Shown here one piece after another: positions 1 through 13,557 of a stretch of 64,000 bases of DNA. The notes beneath the pieces are model-generated. The model was not told the origin of the DNA. It saw nothing but the letters and a program-made list of their open reading frames with translations, and did no database searches. The stretch comes from Nymphaea colorata. Its lineage: Eukaryota. The stretch covers positions 40,176,001-40,240,000 of the forward strand of contig NC_045138.2 of the NCBI RefSeq assembly GCF_008831285.2, written 5' to 3'. The first letter of the stretch is position 1; every line of letters begins with the position of its first letter. The translations under genes were made by a program, and so were the position numbers.

Positions 1-163
1 GTAAATAAATTCCTGCCTTACTTCAAAAGTCTAGAAAATTACCAACTGTAAAGCTATGGATCCATAGGGTAGTTAGTTATCTAGTGGTTATTTCTTTTCT
101 CACTTTATCATTTCTAATACTTTCATTCCTTCATTTATTTATTCTACCTTTTTTTTTTTTCAG

Positions 164-917
164 TCGGAGGTATCGGCATTGTCCCCCAGGGTGGCGTTTT
201 TAGACCACCAGCGGCTTGTTCTCAACGTGGACAACAGCGCCCTCAAGCAACGGATAGCTGTTCTCGCTCAAGACAAGCTCTTTAAGGATGGTAATTAACT
301 CTTTCGATCAACTTTCTACCTACTTTTCCTTAATCATCAAGTCTAGATCGCTATGAACTCGAGAATTCAGAAGTTGAGAAATAAAATGTACACCAAAATG
401 CTGGATTGAACGTTTCTAGGCGTACTTAGAATACGAAATATTATTCTGCTATATGGCGAAGTCATGTTGGTCACGTTTAATACGACGTAACTTTCGGATA
501 GAAAATTGGGTTCACGTTGCAGAACAGCAGAGGGTAAGAAAAATCTTTGCAGCTGTGCCTTTCGGTCATGAAAGCTGTGACCACAGGTCACAAGGCAACA
601 CGCGATGAACGACCAACTTCACGAATTTTCAAAATTTTTTGTTAGTAATACATGTGGTTAATTTTCATGAGTTCTCTCCGGTGATCCCGTTTTGATGGTG
701 TTTGATTCATAAAATTGCCACATTGTCTATTACAATATATATATTATACACACACACGCCTCTGACTCTAACCTCTCGCACCATGATTTATGCAGCACAC
801 CAAGAGGCGCTAAAGAAGGAGATAGAGAGATTAAGGATGGTGTATCATCAGCAAAACTTGAAGAAGAGCAACACGCATTCTGATAATAACCCTACTCAGG
901 ATATTGAATTGCTGTAA
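164..917 (+). CDS. bZIP61: 3' part (last two coding exons) of a group-E bZIP transcription factor, bZIP34/bZIP61-like; gene starts upstream of the window
   Basis: Exon 164-290 (poly-T + CAG acceptor, GT donor) reads SEVSALSPRVAFLDHQRLVLNVDNSALKQRIAVLAQDKLFKD. Exon 796-917 continues in phase, AHQEALKKEIERLRMVYHQQNLKK...TAA. This matches the recalled zipper/C-terminal region of group-E bZIPs; bZIP34 vs bZIP61 cannot be resolved. Confidence 0.85.
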
Positions 918-1836
918 CTGATGCCCCAGCCATCATCACAAGGAAAAAAGAAAAGGTTGGCCCTTTGCTCAAGGACACATCAGGGTTCTGACTTTTCAAA
1001 ATAAAACCATGGGAGAGCGGAGGTAATGGTAGGGTGTCTAGTGACAAAGAAACGTAGGAGAAGGAAGGCTTCTGCGTAAGGTTAGCAGGGTCGAATTCTG
1101 TTTCTTTTTGTATGGATTGGATTGGATTTTGGGAAGGGAAATAAGAGGAGGAGGATGGTTAATTCTTAAAATGTATTTAGCTTTTCTTTTTTCATGCATG
1201 GTCCAGTGGGTTGGGAAGACACATGGGGTAAAAGTAGACACAGGATCAGGTCATCTTATGTTTTTGCACCAGAGATGAGGGATGTTGGTGGTGTTTTTCA
1301 TTGTCAACTACATGTGGTGACTTGATCTGTTCTGTTGAGTGAAGTGGATTGCCGGCGTAGGAGAAGGGTCCAGTAAGAACGTGTCATGTGTGGTGTGGAA
1401 TGTCCATAGGGCTGCTGGGTTCCTGTGTATGGTTGTACTTATCAATGGGTCAAATAATAATGCAACGGGACTGCTCTCTCTCTCTCTCTCTCTCTTTCAC
1501 TCTCTCCTCTCTTGGTAGATGACTCAGTCTTATTTGTCATCTATTCACGATAAACTTTCCGCAGATTCCTGTGAAAGTCTACAGTCCAAGACAGAAAAGG
1601 AAGTGAAATCTGCCATCTCAGGCACCACATATGAACGAGTGATTGTTGATATCATAGGTAGTGTGGTCCCGTAACCTGCAATCAAAAGTGAGGAAGTAAC
1701 AGCAGTGATTCTTCAGCCTGTGAAACCTTTCACCTCAACATGTGACAAGAACAGACATGGTTCTTTATCTCGCTTTTCCACTCATCAACACTCTTCTTTC
1801 CTGGGTCAAGTGAAACCGGCTACTGTCATTCCAAAT

Positions 1837-4159
1837 TGCTGAGAAGGAGATGTCAAGGAAACCGCAAGCTCACACCCACGGGGTTCACAAGGAGAGACAA
1901 GTTTTCCCGTGGTTCGGCTTCATCATCTAAACAGAACAGCCATCAATGAGATTTTTCATTAGAATTTTTTTTGCCGGTAGACATTTTTTTGGTCCAAGGC
2001 CTTCAATGGTAACAAAGACCAATGATAAAGGAGTGTTATCGCTCGTGATATTGAGCGATACATCTTTCCACCTTTACATCTTTTAACACACGGAAGGAAA
2101 TATTGACCTTTCCTTGACGTTGTCAAGGGGTAGAGACTCTTGCCAACGATCAAGTTGGCGGCGAGGTGATACCTATCAGCCTCAACTTGTTAGCAATCCA
2201 GTGATACGATCTTTTCTCATTGCCTTTGTAAATATATCAGCCAGCTGTGCTTGAGAGCGGACATGAGGAGTGCATATGATTTTGTCCTGAATTTTCTTAC
2301 CAACGAAATGACGATTCACCTCAATATATTTTGTTCGTTCATGAAATACTCTAATACAGTCTTGGCTCCAATATAAATGACTGCCACGTTGTCATACATG
2401 AAGTTCATTGGTTTTTCAACTTTAATGCCCTCTTTTGAATAAGAGCATGAATCCAGAGAAGTTCACTTGCAGAGGCCGTCGTCACTTTATACTCTACCTT
2501 CGCATCTAGCCACCACTTTGTTATTCCATGTAATAGGAATCCCTTCAACAAATGCACAATAACCAGTAATTAACATTCAATCCTTTTGCTCACCGGCTCA
2601 ATATGCATCTGTGCAACCAGTCACATCAAACATATCATTTCTTTTTATAAGTATTCCTTTACTTGGACTTGCTTTCGGATATCTTAATATATGATATGTT
2701 GCTTCCAAGTGAGATGCTTGAGGATCTTGTATAAACTGACAAATCATGTTGACATAAAATGTGATATCTTAGTGACTGTTAAATAAATTTCAAATAGACG
2801 CTGAAAACTTTGAACATTTTAGAGTGGTTCCCCATCATCTTTTTTAAGCTTATAGTTAGGATCAAGTGGTGCAGAAATAGGCTTATTTCCCAAGAAACTC
2901 GTATCCTGAGTAAATCAAGAGTATATTTGATTTGACATAGAATATACCATGATCCTTCTGAGCAACCTCAAATCCCAAAAAATACTACAAATTTCTTAGA
3001 TCCTTGATCTCAAATTAGTCATGCAATAAAATTTTGACTTTCTTCATTTTGTCCATATCATTTCTTTCTTATGATAATTATATCATCAACGTATACAAGG
3101 TAACCTTGACTTTCTTCATTTTGTCCATATCATTTCCTATGATAATTATATCATCAACGTATACGAGTAGAATAAGGTAACCTTGAGCTTGATGACTTTG
3201 TCATGCTGGGGCAACAAGGTTGTGATTAAGCCTGAACATCAGGCTTGGATACTCGACGGTTACCTGATACCCGACCTGATCGGACCCAGACTCGAGCTCG
3301 AAAAAACCAACTCAGGCTGGCTCGATAATATATTGGGCCAGACCTAGTTGGCTCGACGGGGCCTGATTCGGCCCGATTTATTTTTTATATTATTTATATG
3401 TAATAATGATATATATTTTATATTCAAAACTTTTTTATTTTATATTAAAAATATTATTTTAACTGGGCCGAGCCTAAGCTCGGGTTTTTAGGCATCTCAT
3501 CGGCCCGGCCCGATACCACACCTATTTGTGAGTCTATGACCTCTCTTGATAAGTAGTAGCCTTACGGGACGCTTGGATTTTGGCTTGAATTCCAACAGTG
3601 TCGGAGTGGTTACAGGTTGAGAAGCCCAAGATTTAGTGGTCGGATTCATAACTTTCCGATGCGTCTCCTCTCATTCAAATCATGGCACATAAACAACATT
3701 AAAATAGAAGATGCACCATCATAAGTATTGGCTACAAAAGGTACTCGACCAGCCAGAAGTTTAAATATTTTGTCCTCTTCCTCCATTCCTCCATGCATAA
3801 GTAAATCGTCGAACATGTCACGAAGAGTTCCCACATACAAATTAGAAGGTCTATTTTCGCATGTGAAATTAGATATTTCATTTTGGAGTTCGTAAGGCTT
3901 TTGTGTGGTTCGACTTGTAGCCTACCTCCACGGACAGCCACCAACGAGATTTTTCATTACAACTTTTTTGCTTTTTTTTTTTTAACAGTACACACATCTT
4001 CTGCATCTATCGCCATCAACGATAACAAAGACCAATGATAAAGGAATGCAATTGCTCGTGATATTTAGCCATATGTCTTTCCATGACCTTTACACCTTAA
4101 CACACGGAAGGAAATACTGACCTTTCATTGTCAAGGCCGGACGGAGACTCTTGCCACCA
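1837..4159 (-). mobile_element. Decayed, internally deleted Ty1/copia LTR retrotransposon
   Basis: Minus strand carries a gag remnant (EEEDKIFKLLAG, ~3750-3790), RT motifs VYVDD and FEIKDL (~3000-3170), and RNase H remnants (TGYCAFVEG, FHERTKYIEV, LADIFTKA, ending ...PT* near 2150), with many stops. Diverged direct repeats ~1890-2148 and ~3895-4159 both contain GYCGAACCAC, a motif also in the young LTR at 31764. Outer boundaries are approximate; no TSD found. Confidence 0.8.
3215..3524. mobile_element. Degenerate hAT-like MITE nested in the decayed copia
   Basis: Clusters of CCCGA/CTCGA/GGCCCG subterminal motifs at both ends around an AT-rich core. Imperfect termini (AAGGTTGTGAT ... ATACCACACCTA); no TSD seen. 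Confidence 0.55.
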
Positions 4160-6731
4160 AAGAGAGAGAGACGGTCATTTCAACATTACCAATCAAAACT
4201 CCCTCTCAACAGGAAGTTGGAAGAAGAACAGTGAAGCCATCGTATGATCATCGGGACAGAGAAACAGAGGAAAAAAAATACAAGACCAATTAATATTGAC
4301 AATATATGGATATATATATTGTGTGTGGATTGATCATTGAAGGGAGGCAAGTGGTTTTGGCAGATGCACGAGGGGAGTGGCAGTCATCAAATTGGGAGGC
4401 TGTGTAGAACATGGGGCGCAAGGGCAGCGCCGCTGGGTCTTGGTCCACCCTGTTTCGTTTATTTGCGTTGAATTCATTGTTGGGCAGGACAGACACAGTT
4501 CGTTTCAATGCATGCGTTGCAATCTTAACTTGTAAAGCCACATGTATCCATTCCAAAAACTGCCACCATGGGATCCACTCTCCCAATAATTGGATCCCCG
4601 ATTTCCATGACCAAGTAATTCATATCTTACATATCTGTGCGTGTGTTTCTAAAACTGATCGATAAGTTCTGCTCAATTGGCAACAGATGAGATGTTATGA
4701 CATTTTCCCTTATCATAAAATTGAAAGGTGTTAACTTCTTTGATTTTTCCTTTCATCGTTAGCTTCTAACTTGTTTACATGTACAAGATTTGATTCAAAT
4801 TCTGACATGTTACTCAACTATATTTTATCTCGGCCTGACTTCTTGCAACAGTTTTGCATCCTAAGCATTCATCGTGGATGCGAGAATCTATTGATCGAGT
4901 GTTGGTGGGACTTCTAAGAGGCGAAAGCGAGCGGAGTCGGGAGCAGCTCATCCAGTTTCCCACCCTCTGGTCCAATGATGTAGAGTGAACGTGGGCGGCC
5001 CAGGCAAAGCTTTTGGAAATTATTTGCTTTGCCTGAAAAAGCCACACAAGTATGTAGATACAGCTCAACATATATGCGACCCTCACATGGTCAGCATGAT
5101 GGATCCCACAACGCTGACATTTAATTATATACCTACAAACTCAGTTGGTTAATGGTCCAAAGAGGAATCGATCGGCCATTGAAGCACGATACTGCAACGC
5201 CAATGATGTGCACATGCAGGAAACTGATGAAGGAAAGAAACCCCAAAAAGGCCAGCAGACGAAATGCACTTGTGCCAAGATGCGTTAACTGCACATGAAC
5301 ATCATCATCATTCTGATCTGTAAAAATTTCTCGTGGTGATGCGCATTTTTTACCTTCACAGTGTACCTGTGGAGGATGTTTGATACGGGTTTCAGAAATG
5401 TGCGGTAACAGGATGCTTGGGAATGTTCTTGGGGGCCTCGCAGGAACATGCCTGCACCCTCTTGATGCCTACTTTTTGGGCTATGAGAAATAAGATTTGC
5501 TTTTAGTCGAAGACTCGAAGTGCATTTGATAAAAAAATACTGCGTTCTTAGAACAAATGATTTTGAAAAGTATATTTCAAAATGTCATGCGTATATTCTT
5601 ATTCCAGAAGACATGGCTTAATTATTAAATATCTAATAAACAAACAGTACACGTGATCAGAACATGTTTCTTGGAAAAGAACATAGCATTGTTGAACAAT
5701 GTGTTGCAGACACAAGCATAACGTGGGCCTCCATGAATTACAAGTGCTTACTTCCATGGTGTTTGTGCTTGATCTGGTTCTGTATACAATTAGGGGGGAA
5801 CCACATGTGTGCTTGTGTGGGCAGTTGCCCACAAAGTCCCACAAAATCTTATTTATTTTCATATTGCAGGTTCGCCCCATTTATTTGCTTACTCATATAT
5901 TGGTGCTCCTCAAACATTTTCTTATATATGTATATGGTGCCCTTCAATCATTTTACTATGTATTTGGGGAGCAATGTCTCTGTTAAGAGGATTTGCCTAA
6001 TTCCAACTGCTATCGCTCTGAACAACGAAAACATAAAGTATAATAATTTCTTTCGAGCATCATCGAAAAGGAGAAAACATAAATTAAAGAGAATAGTCTG
6101 AGACTGGAAAAAAAACGTACATCAGTGTGATTGCAATGACTGATCAACAAGGCCACCAGCCATGTCATTGTTTATCATTGCAAGAATTCTGCAACGGTGA
6201 AAGCTGGGAAAGATGTACAAACCATTCTCTCATGTGTATCAGTAGTCGTCAATATACATATCTGATATTAAATTCTGACCCTAAAATGATGTCTCAAGAA
6301 ATTTAATGCAATGTAATGGCACTTAATGAGATTAAAATGGGTGTTATGTACGAAATTCACTATACTGCATCATTTAATTGCTGGCGTATATGTACCAAGA
6401 AGAAGAAAGCAAAAAATAGAACAAAGAAAGTTGATGTAATATATCCATAGCAAACAAATACAAAACTTTACATCATTACATGGGATTCATGAGTATTCCT
6501 GTGTTCCAAGTATCTCTTATTAACTGTAAGACATCTTCGAACCGTGAAACGGTGGAAAAGTATCGGCAACAACTTTGCTCTAAGGGGCTTTTGATTGCTA
6601 GATGCTAGGTGAAAATTTTTTGGGTTTTCTACTTTGGCTGCAACCCGTTTTCACCCAGTACAAATTTGCTATTGACATGCACGCAAAGAATTCAGGGTAA
6701 TTTTTATCAGGAGATTTGTACATGCAGTTTC

Positions 6732-9700
6732 TAGGGCTGAACACGAGCCGAGTCGAGCCCGAGCTCGGTCAACTCGAACTCGGCTCGTCTAAATAACACA
6801 CGAGCTCGACTCGACTCGAACTCGATTATAGCTCGACTATCCTGGCTCGAACTCGACTCGATAGTCAATGGTCGAGCTCGAGCTCGGCTCGATTAAGCTT
6901 AATTAAGCTCGTTTACTTGCATCCTAACTTGTTGAGCTCGAGCTCGACTACGGCTCGACTACGTGAAGCTCGATAAGGCTTGATAAGGCTCGAACTCATT
7001 AACTACTCGATTAATATTACTCATTTCTGTAGTTTTTCAAGAATAGTTTCTTTTTAATGGTAGGCAGCCACGGCGAATGGACGAAGAAAATAATGACAGA
7101 GACCAAGATAGAAAAATGTCGGAAGTAGAACACAGATATCTCACTGTAATTGCAGTGAATACAAAGCTCATAGCAAGATAGATGAAAGCATTCAAATTAT
7201 TGCATAAACTAATAAAAAGGTGCACTTTTAAAAGCCCACCAACACCAAGATTGCATTCAAGCAACAGATTGCAAGATTGAACAATCACATCAGGTGACTC
7301 CACATCCTGGGCTGTAATTGCTTAACTTGTATTCAAAACATGAAATCAGCAATTATGCCAACTTACCAAATCATGCAATGAGATTCAAAAAAAGCACAAG
7401 GAGTATGAGACAAAAATGGAACAATAACATGAAACGCCTAAAACATCCAAGTGCTGTTACCAGTTACTACATAGCTGAAACATTCATTTCATGGAGCATC
7501 GTGATAAATGCTAGTTGGGGTACATTACAAACCCTGTAAATCAGGCCCAACAGATCATAAAATCAACAGGCCGACTGCCTTAACAAGTGCAAAACAGTAA
7601 TTTTGGACAACCAATCCAAAACTAGAATTCTCACACTTCAAGGAAACAGAATTACATTGAAGAAGGGCACGAGCAAAGGCACCCATGCCATAGAACTTAC
7701 AAACATTAAGTAAGATGAAAGCATCTCGTTGTTGGAACTAGCCAATGGCTAGTCGGCTGATACAAAGGCAGCACAAAATCTTCCATGACATAATCTTCCT
7801 GCTATTAACATGTTTGTTCAGCCCTTAAGAAACGAGAGAAACTCCGTACCTACAGGAGAAAAAGAAAAATTGCTTACTGATTGTTTTGGCTGATGAATTT
7901 TGCATTAGAAGCCAATCCAAGAGGTACTTAAAACACTAAATCCGACCAACATGTTGACAAGTTGTCGTCTTACAGTAGAAATCTAATACTGGAATTGCTG
8001 GAAACCTAATAATAGCAGGAATGATTTGCAGAATTAGAGATTCTCATCTAGCAGGATATGAAAGATGGTTCAAGAGTTAAAGCTTTCTAAGCTTTCAACA
8101 AGAAAGAATGCAACAATAATAACTCACCCCACTGCGAACTTTCTTTAATAGCTTAACTCCACCATCAAGAAGTTTTCCATCTGAAACAGACAGTAGATAA
8201 ATAAGCAAAATGAATAAAACCAGTATACAGAAAAAGATCAAGAAAAACTACAAGAGGCAACTGAAACAGACACTAGAATCACATTAGATCAAGAAAAAAA
8301 AGAAAACAAAACAAGAAAAAAAAAAAGCATTACCAAGAGGCAGCTTGAATCATTCTAATGATATATATTCACTTGATTCATCCTCAACCTGAAAGAAATA
8401 CATATAGTCAATTAACAAATGATTCACAGTATATTTAATGAATACAATTCATTCAAAATATATTTACTTGTGTTACAACCTGAAAGCCCTTGACTAGTTT
8501 CTGCAAAGAATGAAAAATATCATAGGCTCATAAATATTGAGTTTATGATATAAAAAGATAGCCATTTATGTGCCCACTGCAACGAAATGTGCCCTCAAAA
8601 GATTGGCCCGAGTCCCTTAAAACATGTGAACGTCATGTTTGCTCAATCCAAAATTATGTATAAATATATATTTTAGAATTTCATTTTCTGGAAAAAAAAC
8701 TCAGAAAAATGTCAGCATCAAAATGCATGAACATTTTTAACTATGAGTTTAACGTGTTCAGGATAGGGCTATACACCAGCCGAGGTCAACTTAAGATCGA
8801 CTCAACTCAAAAAACTCAAGTTCTATCGAATAGGGTCGAGCTCAAATCGAAGTCAAAGGAATGATACATCAAACCACTACTTAAAAGAACGCGTATATCT
8901 CTGTTTTATATGTACTTAAAGACAAAGGAATGATACATCAAACCACTACTGGAACTCGAAAAGGAAATGAAAAATGGAGAAGTCATTGTTAAAAGGAAAT
9001 GAACAAATTGGCAGTTAGCAACGAAGAAATTAACTGTCGTTGTTTGGGACCAGCCACTTAGCATGGATGAAACATAAAAAAACCAGCACAGATGAACTAT
9101 GCAAACAAGCCCCCTCCCCATAAGCCTAATGTTGGCAGCACATGACAGAAACCTCAAACTAAACATCATATAAGACAAGCAAAAAGAAAGAAAGAAAAAA
9201 GCACAGAAACAGTCAAACAGTCGATAGTTTCTCATTCTTACAACGGAAAAAATGGGAAGCATAACTTTAGTGACGAAACAGAAAACCCAAAAACAAGAGC
9301 AGAGGACTAGCATATTGAGGTAGCAACCGGAGAGAGAGAGAGAGCCCTACCGATTCACGGAATCAACCGGAGGAGCAAAGACCCGCTCGCTGCCGGACTG
9401 TCGGATCCATCGAAGAGAACCGGAGAGGAAGATCGAGGGACGCCCTCTATCACTAGAGACGATGTGTTAACATTCAAATCAGTTGTTATACACTTAGATC
9501 ACAACTGTGTTAGGAATCCAACAAGAAATGGGGTAAAAAACAGATGAAACAGATGAAATCGAAGGCGGAGCAGCCGGCTGACCTTGAAGGCTGAAGTGGT
9601 CCACGGACGCGGCCCGCGGACGACTGGTTCGGTGGTTCCTCCTGCAGACGTCGGAGAATCCCGGACGGGAGAACTAGAGAAGAGAAGAGTTGATGAAGTC

Positions 9701-10054
9701 GGAGAGATCGAGAGGCGACTGGCGAGAGAGGGAGAGTCGGAGAGAGCGAAAACTTCAAAAGAGAGGGAGAAGTGAGATTCGAGAACGAAAATGAAATGAG
9801 GAAACCCTAAACCTCGTCCCGCTTTGACGCTTTTTCATCTGAACCGGTTTTAAAAAAACCGGTTCACTAAATAATCGAGCCGATTCGAGCTTTAACGAGT
9901 TCACTTACATGAACTCGAACTCGACTCGATTAATTAAACGAGTCGGCTCATCAACTCGAGCTCGACTCGTTTAACTAAATAAGCGGCTCGTTTAAACATA
10001 CGAGTCGAGTTAAACGAGTCGAGCTCGAGTAGCTCGACTCGTTGAACAGCCCTA
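6732..10054. mobile_element. Non-autonomous hAT DNA transposon, 3323 bp, no transposase ORF
   Basis: Termini TAGGGCTG...CAGCCCTA. Identical 8-bp TSD GCAGTTTC at 6724-6731 and 10055-10062. Dense CTCGA/TCGAG subterminal arrays at 6745-7010 and 9875-10045. Confidence 0.92.
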
Positions 10055-13000
10055 GCAGTTTCCTTCACTTTCAGTCGAAGCTGATCTGAACTAACTAACA
10101 GCGATTTGAGGATAAGATAGTCATAGAAGTTCGCTGAGAAACAAAAATTATAAAGTAGATTACTATGGCCTTCTGCATTCTCCAGCAAGTAGAAAACTAA
10201 TGAACAGATGGCCATTATTTTTCTGGAGGATACAGACATTGCAATTAGAAGGTCATAGTAGTGTATACAATTAGATTTGCTGCCATATAAATTAATTAGT
10301 TAAAGCTAAATCACCTACATAAAGGACCAATTCATCTTTAAATTCTATTGAAATTACTAGCAGTTAAAAGATTCCCAAGTTCCACTAGGCTTTCTTGAGT
10401 GAGCGGGAGGTTAATTCTATCGCCCGAGTGAATACCGAAGTTTTTCCTCTTTTTCTACATCCCTTAAAGTCTAGGGCTGCTTTCGGTGTCTTGGAGTGAA
10501 ACCACCACCCTCTCCCTTCTCCTTCTGTCTATGCATATCTGTACCCCATTTGCGACACATATGGTTGACACCACAACAGCTCGAAACAAAGACCAATCGC
10601 TTACCAACACCAATCGGTGTCTTGGTGTTGATTTTTAAAAAAAGAGAATAGCTCCTTAACTCCCTATAGTTGAACAACCTGAAAAGGCATACACATATCA
10701 AAAATGGCCAGACCAAGCGATGGATGCTTCCTCTTTGCTTTTTTCATCTCTCTGCCTCAGGAAACTGAATCTGAATTTCACCATTTGCATGTTTCTCGTT
10801 GGTCATGCAAGTCATGTAGAACATCAACACATTTTTTTTGTCGTCATCCTTACCAATTCAAAGGAAATATTAATACCTTGTGCATATATGCCTTGCTGAT
10901 AGAGAAACTCCACATTTGTTCTTGGAAAAGCAACAGACCTCATAAATAGATTCTGGGTTACAAGTGAAAGTGCGGTGGGTTGCCAAAAAATTGGATACTT
11001 ATGTTGTACGAGCAAGAGGATCCTGTCTACCAAAATAAACAGATTCATCTAGAGTATAGAGCACCAAGCTGAAGAAAAGTGACCGACATTAGATTGAAAA
11101 AAAAAAGAAAAAAGAAAAGAAAAAAAAGAAGGTATCCTGCGCTTGACCACATAAAAAGCAGAAGCCTCGTTTAAGAAGAGAATTTTCAGTGACAGCATAA
11201 ACAAGAAAGATTGTAAGCGGCAGGAATTCACAGTTCCCAGCTTAAGGTCCGCATCCTTTTGCTGCTAATATCATACTAAAACAGGATTAAAACATGTTGT
11301 GCCTAAGTACGTATAGGAGTGTTAGTTTCCCAGTATCACCAGAGTAACTGCGTGTAGGCTTGTACAACCTGCCGTATATATGTCACTTGCGTTTCAGCAT
11401 ATTGGAACTCTTACATAGATGGGTGAGCCTCGATAAAAACTTCAAACCAGAAAAGAGACAGGAACAAAAGGATAAGGGAAAAGAATGAGGTGGCCACGTT
11501 GATATTGAGATCATTTCTCTTGCAAGCAACATGGACAGAATCCCAGCGCAGTCATAAAGTAGAAACAAAAGAAATTATACATGTTATATATGTGTTAGAT
11601 GCTTCCGAGAGTGAGAATTAAGTAAACACAAGGATATAGTCAGAGCCATAAGTTCAAGCAGCACGCAAACGAGAGTGCAGTTATAGCAACACTAATTTTG
11701 GAGGGTGAGATTACTACAAACATCCAAAAATATGAAAAAAAAAAATAAAAAAGCAGACAAGCTAACATGTCCTTAATGATCTTGGGTCTGCGCAACCCAA
11801 AGCCTTAAAACGATAACCACAAAAAAAGGATGAGGAAAGAATAACCACCAGAGAAAAGAAATTTTGGCGTGAAAAAACAGTGATTCTAAGCAAAGTCTTT
11901 AAATGAAACAATCGCCTAGCGAGGTTACATTGCACGCACTTGCACAAACCAACTCTAGTGGAACATTATGCCTTAATCAATGGTTGATGGAAGCCCTAAC
12001 CAACGACAGAGAGTGAAGGATAGAAAGATGAAAGGAACAAAGGAGTTTTATCACAACTGATATAATTCGAAACGGGATTAGTGCAATTAATGTTCTAATT
12101 CTAAAGGAGGAGAGGATGATTCATTCAAGAATTTTGCAAGGATTAATAACTACAATAGAGAAACAAATCGTCCCTGATGCCAGTCATGGCCAGCTTGATA
12201 GATCATCATTCAGCTATGAGGCAGGTATGTGCATCGTCGTCGCAATCATCTATCGCTGGTATGTCCAGTGTCACATAATATCGAGGAGATTAACCTTTAC
12301 TAACAAGCCATAGTCGGTTAAAATGTAAAACCAATTATGCTCAAGCATTTCAAGGATTAAAAGGGCAAATTGCTGCATTCTTCATAATCTCGATCAGACT
12401 GCCCCTGCCAACGTATACATCATCTGATTTCTTCAATTGCCTGTATGCAGTTGCACGATTTGAAACCGGAACTTTTCACCAATTTGTGGAGTTCTCAAAA
12501 GTAAATTCTGATAGTCTTGAAGTTCAAAGCAAACTGTCTGAATTCTGCGTTAGCAGAAAAGAAGCAACTTCACGAACATTTTGAGATTGCTGCACTCTAA
12601 CATTCTGCCAACAGCCGAATTTCACCTTAGTAGCTTACAGGCCATCAAAATTCCCCTCGTCACCTACAATAGGGGCAGAACCATCTATTCTGTAGATAAA
12701 AAACAAGCACATCATGTGTTTACATGCAAAATATGTGTGTGCGAGTGGACGTGCATGCACGTGCAATGAGATCAGCAAGGTGAACATAGGTGTGGAGCCG
12801 AAACAAAATTTTGTGCATCACCAAATACAAATTCGCGTACATTAAATTAGGTTTTGTTAAACCGCAGAAACTGACAATCATCTAGCTTAATTCAGTGACA
12901 TAAAGGAACAAAGGAAATGCCATAAGAAATTTCTGAATCATCAACGTGCATATCAATGGAAAAACAAAAATGTGATTGTCCAACGCTTTGATCCTTTTCC

Positions 13001-13557
13001 CATCTGCCAAGGCAAAAAGCGTATACTACACATTTTGTGTCTCAAGACAAAAACATGAGAAAAAAGTGTCTACATGGTAAGGAGAACCTGGACACCGGAA
13101 CAATTCAACTTGCAGCTTGCGTACAAGAGACAAAGAAACCACCACTGAAATTTGAAGATATATAGCAAGTTCTTCGTTCACATACAAAAGGATGTTTCTG
13201 ACGCACATAATATTATACGGGAGTTTGCAATGCAAACTTGTCTGACCAACAATTCATTGTAAATCTACAAGACGCATTGAAAAATCCTAAATAGAAACAA
13301 AAGGCGCCTGTTCCGCAGAAGGCTAAGAATTTGGGGAAATAAGTTGTCACACAGAGCAAATGTTTCCTTCGCGGGAGTCTGATACTCAGAAAGCCACGAA
13401 ACGTTAACCAACTATTTTGTTTCTTCCACTGCATCCTTCCCAAGTTAGATAGTTAGATTATAGAGGATAAGAGACCTTGAAAGTTACGCATAGCTTGCTT
13501 AAATATATTTCTTGTTGATTGCTACACAAGTCTGTACAAGCAAAAAAATAACTTGAA

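Noticed and set aside
4325..4350. ATTGAAGGGAG resembling part of miR159/miR319
   Set aside because: Only 11 nt match and no fold-back precursor arm is visible.
5102..5132. ATCCCACAACG resembling the plant snRNA USE, followed by TATATA
   Set aside because: USE-TATA spacing (~12 nt) is too short for plant snRNA promoters, and no recognisable snRNA, 7SL or telomerase RNA follows.
5599..6101. Cluster of 93-145 aa Cys-rich ORFs
   Set aside because: AT-rich low-information translations in several frames; no splice structure or family motif.
6745..7010. Regular CTCGA repeats as a possible CRISPR-like or iteron array
   Set aside because: No repeat-spacer structure; explained as hAT subterminal repeats.
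8906..9313. 135-aa hydrophobic ORF inside the hAT
   Set aside because: Reflects T-rich intron-like composition; no transposase motifs.
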